Of a stretch of DNA of 64,000 nucleotides, positions 49,983-59,153 are shown one piece after another (within the stretch, counting starts at the first letter, position 1; each line of letters begins with the position of its first letter). The notes beneath the pieces are model-generated. The model did not search any database. It saw only the letters and a list, made by a program, of their open reading frames with translations, and was not told the DNA's origin. A program made the position numbers and the translations under genes. The DNA comes from Giardia intestinalis (lineage: Eukaryota), in assembly GCA_000002435.2 (NCBI GenBank), contig CM018790.1. One strand, written 5' to 3'.

Positions 49983-52595
49983 CTATGCCTTTCCGCGGCA
50001 GAGGAACCACCAGCAGAGGAAGCCCACAAGACCCCCTACAACAACAATCACAGCGACGGAGATACCGGCTATGGCCCCCGTGCTGAGGCCGCTCTTGTTG
50101 ACGCTTCCACCAGTGCCTGCTTCTGATTCTAAGCATATGACTGAACTGCCAGATGACGACACACATTGCTTGCATCCAGAGATCTTCTCTGAGCACTTCT
50201 TGCATAACCCATCAGTGGTATCGTCACCGTTTTCCTTGTAATACCCAGTGGCACAAGTCTTACACTTATCAGCCGCATCTGCAGTCGAGCACGTAGCACA
50301 AGTAGAATGGCACTCCCCACAGGCCCCACCTTGTGCCTGTAGTCCGTTGGCACATGTCTGACATGTTCCTCCCTGTGCACTACTACAGACCTGCTTACCA
50401 GGCTGTCTATCTGTCTGATAGCAGCCGCCGTCCTTGAGGAAGTAACCCTCATTGCATTGTGTACAGGCCCCATTTGTGATTGTTGCACAGAAGGCTGCTC
50501 GTGAATTGGCCGCACAGTTGCCGTTCAAGGGGGCCTGAGTAGAGGTCTTGCACTTTGAGCAGTATGCAGTTCCTCCTATTTGGGCCCCACATGTCTCACA
50601 GCCAGTGCCATCTGCAGACACTTTGCACGCATCCCCGCAGGCGCCTCCGTTATTAGGATGGCTGTCATCTGTATATGTCAGTTTCTTGCCAGCAGGACAG
50701 GCACTGCACTGATTGTTGGCCGGCCCAACGCACTCAGCACACTCAGGGCTGCATGCCTTACACTTCTTGTCATTATCTCCGTAGTATCCGCTGATGGCTG
50801 TGCAGTCAGGTACGCATTGGTTTGTTGGAGTGAGATAATTGTTATCATTACATTCAGTGCAGGCCTCGTTGTCGGTCTTCGGGTTATCGCAGGCCTTGCA
50901 GTTGGGCGTGTTGCACGCCTTCTCGACGCACTGGCCCCCGTTCAGGACGTAGGCGGGGTCGCACGCCGTGCAGGCCTCGTTGTCGGTCTTCGGGTTATCG
51001 CAGGCCTTGCAGTTGGGCGTGTTGCACTTCCTCTCGACGCACTGGCCCCCGTTCAGGACGTAGGCGGGGTCGCAGTCAGTGCAGGCCTCGTTGTCGGTCT
51101 TCGGGTTATCGCAGGCCTTGCAGTTGGGCGTGTTGCACTTCCTCTCGACGCACTGGCCCCCGTTCAGGACGTAGGCGGGGTCGCAGTCAGTGCAGGCCTC
51201 GTTGTCGGTCTTCGGGTTATCGCAGGCCTTGCAGTTGGGCGTGTTGCACGCCTTCTCGACGCACTGGCCCCCGTTCAGGACGTAGGCGGGGTCGCACGCC
51301 GTGCAGGCCTCGTTGTCGGTCTTCGGGTTATCGCAGGCCTTGCAGTTGGGCGTGTTGCACTTCCTCTCGACGCACTGGCCCCCGTTCAGGACGTAGGCGG
51401 GGTCGCAGTCAGTGCAGGCCTCGTTGTCGGTCTTCGGGTTATCGCAGGCCTTGCAGTTGGGCGTGTTGCACGCCTTCTCGACGCACTGGCCCCCGTTCAG
51501 GACGTAGGCGGGGTCGCACGCCGTGCAGGCCTCGTTGTCGGTCTTCGGGTTATCGCAGGCCTTGCAGTTGGGCGTGTTGCACTTCCTCTCGACGCACTGG
51601 CCCCCGTTCAGGACGTAGGCGGGGTCGCAGTCAGTGCAGGCCTCGTTGTCGGTCTTCGGGTTATCGCAGGCCTTGCAGTTGGGCGTGTTGCACTTCCTCT
51701 CGACGCACTGGCCCCCGTTCAGGACGTAGGCGGGGTCGCAGTCAGTGCAGGCCTCGTTGTCGGTCTTCGGGTTATCGCAGGCCTTGCAGTTGGGCGTGTT
51801 GCACTTCCTCTCGACGCACTGGCCCCCGTTCAGGACGTAGGCGGGGTCGCAGTCAGTGCAGGCCTCGTTGTCGGTCTTCGGGTTATCGCAGGCCTTGCAG
51901 TTGGGCGTGTTGCACGCCTTCTCGACGCACTGGCCCCCGTTCAGGACGTAGGCGGGGTCGCACGCCGTGCAGGCCTCGTTGTCGGTCTTCGGGTTATCGC
52001 AGGCCTTGCAGTTGGGCGTGTTGCACTTCCTCTCGACGCACTGGCCCCCGTTCAGGACGTAGGCGGGGTCGCAGTCAGTGCAGGCCTCGTTGTCGGTCTT
52101 CGGGTTATCGCAGGCCTTGCAGTTGGGCGTGTTGCACGCCTTCTCGACGCACTGGCCCCCGTTCAGGACGTAGGCGGGGTCGCACGCCGTGCAGGCCTCG
52201 TTGTCGGTCTTCGGGTTATCGCAGGCCTTGCAGTTGGGCGTGTTGCACTTCCTCTCGACGCACTGGCCCCCGTTCAGGACGTAGGCGGGGTCGCAGTCAG
52301 TGCAGGCCTCGTTGTCGGTCTTCGGGTTATCGCAGGCCTTGCAGTTGGGCGTGTTGCACTTCCTCTCGACGCACTGGCCCCCGTTCAGGACGTAGGCGGG
52401 GTCGCAGTCAGTGCAGGCCTCGTTGTCGGTCTTCGGGTTATCGCAGGCCTTGCAGTTGGGCGTGTTGCACGGCGCTTCTGGGTCCTTGGTGCACTGCTTC
52501 GTGTCATTGTTGATGGTGTAGCCCGGGAAGCATGTGTCCTTCTCGTTGTACTTGGCCAGCACGGTTGCACAAACTAGGAGAAATCCTACCAACAT
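49983..52595 (-). CDS. Variant-specific surface protein (VSP), cysteine-rich with CXXC motifs and a tandem-repeat core.
   Basis: Start MLVGFLLVCATVLA (signal peptide) at 52595. Dozens of CXXC motifs follow. The transmembrane tail GLVGFLCWWFLCRGKA* is the invariant VSP C-terminus. An AGTAAAC polyA signal lies at 49957–49963 on the minus strand, about 20 nt after the stop. The track ORF extends to an upstream non-signal-peptide start at 52796. Confidence 0.9.
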   Translation of the reverse strand: MLVGFLLVCATVLAKYNEKDTCFPGYTINNDTKQCTKDPEAPCNTPNCKACDNPKTDNEACTDCDPAYVLNGGQCVERKCNTPNCKACDNPKTDNEACTDCDPAYVLNGGQCVERKCNTPNCKACDNPKTDNEACTACDPAYVLNGGQCVEKACNTPNCKACDNPKTDNEACTDCDPAYVLNGGQCVERKCNTPNCKACDNPKTDNEACTACDPAYVLNGGQCVEKACNTPNCKACDNPKTDNEACTDCDPAYVLNGGQCVERKCNTPNCKACDNPKTDNEACTDCDPAYVLNGGQCVERKCNTPNCKACDNPKTDNEACTDCDPAYVLNGGQCVERKCNTPNCKACDNPKTDNEACTACDPAYVLNGGQCVEKACNTPNCKACDNPKTDNEACTDCDPAYVLNGGQCVERKCNTPNCKACDNPKTDNEACTACDPAYVLNGGQCVEKACNTPNCKACDNPKTDNEACTDCDPAYVLNGGQCVERKCNTPNCKACDNPKTDNEACTDCDPAYVLNGGQCVERKCNTPNCKACDNPKTDNEACTACDPAYVLNGGQCVEKACNTPNCKACDNPKTDNEACTECNDNNYLTPTNQCVPDCTAISGYYGDNDKKCKACSPECAECVGPANNQCSACPAGKKLTYTDDSHPNNGGACGDACKVSADGTGCETCGAQIGGTAYCSKCKTSTQAPLNGNCAANSRAAFCATITNGACTQCNEGYFLKDGGCYQTDRQPGKQVCSSAQGGTCQTCANGLQAQGGACGECHSTCATCSTADAADKCKTCATGYYKENGDDTTDGLCKKCSEKISGCKQCVSSSGSSVICLESEAGTGGSVNKSGLSTGAIAGISVAVIVVVGGLVGFLCWWFLCRGKA
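50857..52468. repeat. About 14.3 tandem copies of a 111-bp (37-aa) unit inside the VSP CDS: CNTPNCKACDNPKTDNEACT[D/A]CDPAYVLNGGQCVE[RK/KA].
   Basis: The 111-bp period is visible directly: 'gtaggcgggg' recurs at 51062, 51172, and so on. Two unit types alternate in the order D D A D A D D D A D A D D A, reading N-terminus to C-terminus. Confidence 0.9.
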
Positions 52596-53388
52596 TAGCC
52601 GGAGTACACGTGCCACTGCCCTTCCGTCAGGCTGGTGCATTGGCCGCGAGCAGTGAGAGACAGCCGCTCTTGCTCTCTTGACCAGTTGGACCGGAGAAGA
52701 ACGAGATAGGAGCACGCCCACCGGAGGCCAGTTGATAGTGCAGTTTCCCTGACTTCCATAGGAACAGGATCGGTGAGGACCAGACTCAGATCGCACCTCT
52801 CTTGTGGAGTGATTGTTCGGGGTGCACTCCTGTACATTGCTGTGGGGTATTCGTCGGCTTCCTCTGCGGGGGCTGGTGTCCCGGTAGTAAACGCACCGAA
52901 GAGTCCTGCCCGTGACTTTCTGGGCACCGATTGCGAGGGAGCCCCTGGTGCGTGATGGGTTCTAAAAATGCAGTGAGCACGGGTGATCCTGTAGGGCATG
53001 CAGCCTCAGAAGAGAGCACCGACGTGGCCAGTGCTGAAAGGGCACTAGACCCTGCATGGCCCACGTGGATGAGTGGCGGAGGAGGGCAGAGAACGCGGGC
53101 GAGTGCTGCTAGATGGCCGTGCACACGTGGAATGGCCATGACTGCACAGTCGAGGGAGCTGGCGCAGAGTACTAGTAATGCGCGATGGTCACGAGTGGCC
53201 AGGACAGACAGGGACGCCATGGCATGCAAGGGCGCTCCACAAGGTACGGGACGACGTGTCTGCTGTCATGGACACAAGCTCGAGAAGCGAGGCTGGCAGA
53301 GGCCTGCGCTCTCTCGTAGCCTCTGAGGGTGCGGCCCAATCACTCGTTCAATCCGATCGCTTGGTCTTATTTTTGGAAACAAACTGTC

Positions 53389-56346
53389 ATGGCTGACGGC
53401 GATGACCACGCAGCCAGCTCCCAAACATCGGCCCCCGCCATCCCACAGTTCACCATCAGGGACCTCCACGAGTGGCTGGATAGCGTGCTTAATGAAAGCA
53501 CCATGGGGACAGTCTACTCCCTCGAGGGCTATCCAAACCTCGCCGTGAAGGAGATCCTCCTCGACGGCCTGGGCAAGAGCAACGTGGACGCTATCAAGCT
53601 TGAGCTGGCCACCCTCCCCGACCTCTCCCATCCAGGGGTTCTCAGGCACCATCAAGTAGTCGAAGACGAAAGCTTCATTTACATCGTCATGAATCGCCAC
53701 GACAAGACCCTTGAGCAAGTGTTTATCGACTGCAAGCGGAGGAAGATCCCCGTGTCTGCCGGCGTGGTCCTCTCCATTCTGAGACAGCTCTCCGCCGCCC
53801 TCGCCTACCTCCATGGCCTCAGTGGGGCAAACACTAAAGGCCTCGTCCACCGCGACCTCAGGCCTGCCAATATATTTATCAGCGCAGACGGAGAGCGCTT
53901 CATCATTGCTGACTTCGGCCTCTGCAAGGACGCCCTGAGATGCGGGAGCACCATTGCAGGCACGGCAGTATACATGGCCCCCGAGGCGCTCCTCCGTAAT
54001 GAGGCCAGCCCCGCCTCCGACGTGTGGAGCCTCGGGGTCATCATTTATGAACTAGTAACTCTGAGGAGGCCGGACTTCTTGGGGGGCAAGGAGCCGGCAG
54101 AGGTCTTCATCGATGGGTGGAGGCCCGATCTGAGCGGTGTCACTGATGGCTTCATGCAGAATGTTCTGGAGAGGATATTCGTGCTGGAGCCAGAGAGGAG
54201 GCCGACGGCCAGGGAGCTGTGCAAGATGCTCACTGCGGCTGACATCCCAATTGGTGAGCTGGGGCATCGGTATGTGGCACTAGAAGACAAATGCAGCGCC
54301 TTGGAGGCTGCTTTGAACAGTGCTAATGCTAATATCGTGCTTCTGAAGGACGAGCTCAAGGTCGAGTCGGATAAGGTCACTGCTCTTGAGGCAGCCCTCG
54401 ACGCCAGGTCTGCTGAGATTGCCTCTCTAAAGGGCGCTCTTGAGAGCAGACCAAGTGAGGTCGACGCCCTGGGACAGGAGCCCCGACTTAAGACCACCGG
54501 GATTGACGCTCTTGAAGATCAGTGCAAGGAGTATTCAGCCATGATTAAGGCACTAGAGAATAGATTCACAGAAGTTAGTGGTGGGATGAACACGAGTAGC
54601 CCCCAGAGCAACCTCTCCACGCTGCCTAGACTGATACGAGCTGCATACACGAATGACACAGAGACCGTCCGGGTGCTAATTGAAGAGGGAGTCACCGGCC
54701 AGCGCGACGAGCAGGGGATGACAGCCCTCATGCACGCGGCCCAGCAGGGGCACATTGGTCCTGTCAGGCTGCTTGTTAAGAAGGAAAAGGGTATCAAAGA
54801 TAAAAACGGCTGGACCGCGCTCATGCACGCCGCACATAACGGCCACCCTGAGGCATCTAGGATCCTCACCCCTCACGAGCATGGGCTTCAAGACTTACAT
54901 GGCCATACAGCTCTGATGATCGTCGCACAGCAGAGAAATCTTGAAATGGCCAAGATCCTCCTTGGTCGTGAAAAGGGGATGAAGGACAAGGACGGTAATA
55001 CAGCCTTCATGCACGCCCTCATGAATAAGCACACAGGCATAGCTCTGCTTCTTCGCAAGCATGAGGCACCCTCGTGGACCCCGCTCATGTGCGCGGCCTT
55101 CACTGGAAATGTTACCATGGCGAGGAGGCACCTCCATGAGAGAGACGTGAAGAACAGCGACGGCGAGACTGCGCTGACCATAGCCGCGAGGGCGGGGCAC
55201 AAGGACATCGTGGAGCTCCTCGACCCCACAGATGAGAATGGCGTCACTGCCCTCATGCGAGCTGTTGACAGAAATGATGTAGATACTGTGAAGGCCCTCC
55301 TTCCCCTCCAGGGGGGACAGAAGGCGACGGGGGATGTCGAGATAGGCAAGCTGACTATGTACGGTGGAACGGCGCTGATGAGGGCAGTAGCACATGGCTA
55401 CGCAGAGATAATGGAGATGCTTGTGGAGAAGGAGGGGGGCATGAGAGATAGGAATGGTAAGACGGCCCTTATGATAGCAGCAGAGAAAGGCCACCCAGAG
55501 TGCATTAAGCTACTGGTGAGAAACGTCCGTGAGCGTAATTCCTTGAGCTGGACAAGTCTTATGTATGCTGCTTGCATTGAGGATGCTGATGCAGTTAGGA
55601 GTAGCCTTCAGGAAGCGGGGGTAAAGGATAGTGATGGATGTACGGCTCTCGTGTGGGCTGCAAGAACTGGTCACACAGAATGTGTCAAGCTACTCTTAGA
55701 GAAGGAGGGCGGGATGCAGACAAGTTATGGTTCAACAGCCCTCATGAGTGCAGCAGAGGAAGGCCATGCAGGGGCAGTGGAGGTACTCCTGGAAAAAGAG
55801 GGACGCATGAAGGATAGTGATGGACAGACAGCCCTTATGTATGCAGCACAGAACGGCCACTCAAAATGTGTTAGACTACTAGTAAAGAAGGAGGGAGGCG
55901 TGCAGGATATTTTTGGACGGACCGCCCTCATGAGTGCAGCAGAGGAAGGCCATACAGACTGCCTTGCGCTTTTGCTAGAGAAGGAGGGAGGTATGAGAGA
56001 TGACAATGGCAAGACCGCCCTCATGCTTGCAGCAAGGTATGGTAGCACAGACTGTTTTAAGCTCCTACTAGAAAAGGAAGGAGGTATGAAAAGTAACAAT
56101 GGACAGACAGCTCTTATGGCTGCAGCAAAGGAAGGTCACTCTGCCCACATCGCGCTGCTCTTGGAGAAGGAGGGGGGCATGCAGGATAGTGACGGATGGA
56201 CCGCCCTCATGTGGGCAGTCTCCTGCAGACAGATAGAGTGCGCGAGACTCCTCGCAGAGAAGGAGAAGAACGTAAACAGGAGGAAGCTCTTGGGGATAGT
56301 CAAAAGGAGAGGCAATAGCAAGATGATGGCCCTCCTCTCAGAGTAG
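53389..56346 (+). CDS. NEK-family serine/threonine kinase with coiled-coil and C-terminal ankyrin repeats. Catalytic residues are intact.
   Basis: GTVYSLEGYPNLAVKEI, LVHRDLRPANIFIS, IIADFGLC, AVYMAPE, DVWSLGVIIYEL, then coiled coil (KCSALEAALNSANANIVLLKDELKVESDK..) and more than 12 ankyrin repeats. AGTAAAC at 56351–56357 lies 4 nt after the stop. The start was re-set to MADGDD.. by paralogy with 23042. Confidence 0.9.
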   Translation: MADGDDHAASSQTSAPAIPQFTIRDLHEWLDSVLNESTMGTVYSLEGYPNLAVKEILLDGLGKSNVDAIKLELATLPDLSHPGVLRHHQVVEDESFIYIVMNRHDKTLEQVFIDCKRRKIPVSAGVVLSILRQLSAALAYLHGLSGANTKGLVHRDLRPANIFISADGERFIIADFGLCKDALRCGSTIAGTAVYMAPEALLRNEASPASDVWSLGVIIYELVTLRRPDFLGGKEPAEVFIDGWRPDLSGVTDGFMQNVLERIFVLEPERRPTARELCKMLTAADIPIGELGHRYVALEDKCSALEAALNSANANIVLLKDELKVESDKVTALEAALDARSAEIASLKGALESRPSEVDALGQEPRLKTTGIDALEDQCKEYSAMIKALENRFTEVSGGMNTSSPQSNLSTLPRLIRAAYTNDTETVRVLIEEGVTGQRDEQGMTALMHAAQQGHIGPVRLLVKKEKGIKDKNGWTALMHAAHNGHPEASRILTPHEHGLQDLHGHTALMIVAQQRNLEMAKILLGREKGMKDKDGNTAFMHALMNKHTGIALLLRKHEAPSWTPLMCAAFTGNVTMARRHLHERDVKNSDGETALTIAARAGHKDIVELLDPTDENGVTALMRAVDRNDVDTVKALLPLQGGQKATGDVEIGKLTMYGGTALMRAVAHGYAEIMEMLVEKEGGMRDRNGKTALMIAAEKGHPECIKLLVRNVRERNSLSWTSLMYAACIEDADAVRSSLQEAGVKDSDGCTALVWAARTGHTECVKLLLEKEGGMQTSYGSTALMSAAEEGHAGAVEVLLEKEGRMKDSDGQTALMYAAQNGHSKCVRLLVKKEGGVQDIFGRTALMSAAEEGHTDCLALLLEKEGGMRDDNGKTALMLAARYGSTDCFKLLLEKEGGMKSNNGQTALMAAAKEGHSAHIALLLEKEGGMQDSDGWTALMWAVSCRQIECARLLAEKEKNVNRRKLLGIVKRRGNSKMMALLSE

Positions 56347-56350
56347 CCAG

Positions 56351-56357
56351 AGTAAAC
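56351..56357 (+). promoter_or_regulatory. AGTAAAC polyadenylation signal of the NEK gene.
   Basis: The Giardia consensus is AGTRAAY, placed 0–20 nt after the stop. Here it reads tagccagAGTAAACaac. Confidence 0.7.
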
Positions 56358-56397
56358 AACTACCGCCTCCACATCAGACCTTACACCTCACAGCCCC

Positions 56398-56652
56398 GCC
56401 ACGCAGCAGGACTCCGGGGTCAGCAGCCTCTAGCGCGGGAGCGAACGCGGCTCAGGGAAGTCGGCAAGCCGGCTCCGTAACCTCGGGAAAAGGAGTGGCT
56501 CTGACGGCGCGCCGGGTCAGAACTGGAACGGACGCGGGGATCCCGACTGTTTACTAGAAACACAGCGTCGCGAGGGCCGCACCCGGCGCTGGCGCGACGT
56601 GATTTCTGCCCAGTGCCACGACCGTCACCGTGAAGCGATCCGCCGAAGCCCT

Positions 56653-56704
<52 letters not shown>

Positions 56705-57025
56705 GGGCAATTTCCGACGTGCATGAATGGACCAACGAGGATCCCACTGTCCCGAGCCGCGCCTCCGCGAGCCTCCAGCCTCGGGAACGGGCGAGGGCCG
56801 GCCAGCGGGGCAAGAAGACCCTTTTGAGCTTGACTCCAGCCCGGGCCTGTGGGGCGGGGCGGCCGGCGCAGCGCACAGGGGAGGCCGCGCCCCTGAGACA
56901 CCCTGACGGCCGCCGCCGCCCCGCTCACCCGGTCGCGCGGGGACCCGCCCGGGCGGGGAGTTCGGCTGGGGCGGCGCGCCTGCTACACCGGACCGCAGGC
57001 GTCCCACGGCGGGCTCAGCGAGGAC
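56398..57025 (+). rRNA. Orphan internal fragment (about 630 bp) of large-subunit (28S-type) rRNA, domain IV–V region. Not a complete gene.
   Basis: Universally conserved LSU strings are present: GGGAAGTCGGCAAGCCGGCTCCGTAACCTCGGGAAAAGGAGTGGCTCTGACGG, CCGACTGTTTACTAGAAACACAGC, GTGATTTCTGCCCAGTGC, GGTAAACGGCGGGAGTAACTATGACTCTCTTAAGGTAGCCAAATGCCTCGTC, GCATGAATGGACCAACGAGGATCCCACTGTCCC, GCAAGAAGACCCTTTTGAGCTTGACTC. It ends at ..GCTCAGCGAGGACGG, where retrotransposon sequence begins. Confidence 0.85.
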
Positions 57026-59153
57026 GGAGGCGGTTTACTACGTAATATGCGCGCAAGGCGGTAAGGACATTGGAGGGGAGGCAGCCTCACGACGGAGGGG
57101 AAGGGCCCGCCCGGGGCGCCCAGCCCCCGTGCCCGCGTGGTCTCGCGGCGGGGGCGCGGCCAGGGGGGCCTTCTCCCCAGCTCCAGGGGTATGCTCCTGT
57201 GCGCGGGGGCGCGCGGGTCACGGCCAGGGGGGCCAGGCGCTGCAGGCTGTGTGTTAGTGGATCCGCGGAGAGGGCGGCCTGCGGTGTTAGGGCATAGCGG
57301 CATGCAGACATACAGGCCCGAGGGAGGCGTGCCATGTGAGGGGGAGTGGTAGGGGGGCATCCTGGAGGATCGATGGCGAAGGTGCCGATCCTCCTCCGTG
57401 GCGGCGCAGGAGTCCTGGATGAGACGTGATGGCGTGGGTGCTTGGCCTTTGCTCGAGCGCATGGTGTGGGTGGACCGATTCCCCGCATCCTCCAGGCCCT
57501 GCGGGGGCGGTCTTCAGGCCCAAATTCTGGATTTTGGAAAAAATAAAATCCACCATGAGCGTCGCCCCGGCGCAACCAGCAGGCCCTGGGCCGCGGAAAC
57601 AAAGAGACAAATAGCCCGTGGACCAAGAAGAGTGCAGGCCTGTTTGGGGGGTAGAAGACGACGCGTCGGGCCAGAAACCCAGGGATCCAGGATTCCAGTC
57701 AAAGGCAGGCCTACAGACCGGCCCACTGCACCGCGCACATACGCGAGGCACCATAATGCTGTTGCACTAAAAAGGGAAGCGCGAGCCCAGAGAACCGGCG
57801 AGGAAACAGCTTGGGGGTGGAGGGGTTTGGGGAGCCCAAATTCTGGCCCATCGACACACGGGGTGAGCTGTGGCCGGCCCAAGGGGACAGCGTGGACAGG
57901 TGTGTGCAGTGCCCCATATAAGGATGCACGATGGGGATCGGCCGGGGCCACCGATTCGGGGGACAAGGGAGACGCGTCCGGACTGTCCCCGGGAGTCCGT
58001 GAGAAGGGAGGGTGCGGACCGTGCACCATAGCTAGCCCATCCACACGTGTCGTGCTATTCCAGAATGGTGGCTCACCGGAGGCGTCTGGCCAAGATGGCG
58101 GGGGCAGCGGGGCGGTGGTCCCATACGGCCCAGGAGGCCGACAGAAGGTCACGCCTGAGAGAGCAGACTGACGGCTTAGGAGGTGGTGTGGGGAGGCACG
58201 GGTGATGGAGGAGGCCCCCTAAGGGCGGGTCCAGGCTGATGACGCCAGCTCAGGACAGACCGGCAGAGCGCCGTGGAGCCATATTCTTCTGTGCGTGCCA
58301 GTCCCATCTGTGACAAGCAACCCATGTGGTGCCAGCGCTGGTGGGAGGCATGTGGCCCAGGTATGGAGCGAAACCTGGGGGCCCGGCCGGGACTGTCAAC
58401 AGCCGTCACCGCGACTCAGCGGAGACCGAGCAGGAGAGGTAGAGAGGAGCAGGGGAGAATGGGCCAGGCAAACACAGGCGCATGAGGGATGGCCCATTGG
58501 AGGGCAAGCACCTGGAGGCCAGGGCCAGAGTGACCAGGTTCCCTGTACCGGGGCGCCCAGAGTGGGTACATGAGGGGGGGCAGTGGGGAAGCGATGCACC
58601 CGAGGGCTCAGTAGCACATAGCACCCGGCCATCCTCTCCAGGGGGCACCGGGGCGCTGCAGCAGAGGATGGCCCGAGCCAGGGCTGTGCCGCCCCGGACC
58701 GGAGGCGGCCACTGGCGGGCAGTTCCATGGGGGGATCAGCACGGCGCGGTGCGATGGTACGAATGACACACGGGGCTAGCCTCTTCCCCCAGCACCAGCT
58801 CGCCAGACTCAGCACCCAAGGACCGCCGCTGCCCGGGAGGACAGACAGACGAACACCGGGCTGCGGCGTGGGCAGATGACGAGTCCCATCGAGGAAGTGC
58901 CCAAACGTAGGCAGGGCGGGTGTCTGGCCATCCAGGGGGGCGTCCGGCCTGGCCCGGCCTGGTCGAGTGTGTATGGCATCGCGGCTAGGCATCTATCGCA
59001 CCGTGTCTGGACGTGATGCACACCCGAATGATAGGGGCAAGAGGCCTCGGGTGCGAGCGAGGAGTACCAGGGGAGACAGCTCGGCACGCAGGCCCAGGGG
59101 TCCGTTCGCGCTGTGGGGCAGCCGACAGCGGGCAGGGTGCCCAAGCATGACCA

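Noticed and set aside
50580-52577. 665-aa plus-strand ORF (..VGLRVIAGLAVGRVARLLDALAPVQDVGGVA.. repeated)
   Set aside because: It is the antisense frame of the VSP 111-bp repeat array. It is kept open only because the repeats are perfect. It has no start context and no independent similarity. The VSP on the minus strand has a signal peptide, CXXC motifs, the CRGKA tail and a polyA signal.
56420-57045. ORFs of 195 aa (minus strand) and 116 aa (plus strand) across 56.4–57.0 kb
   Set aside because: The region is LSU rRNA sequence. The ORFs are fortuitous frames through GC-rich rRNA.
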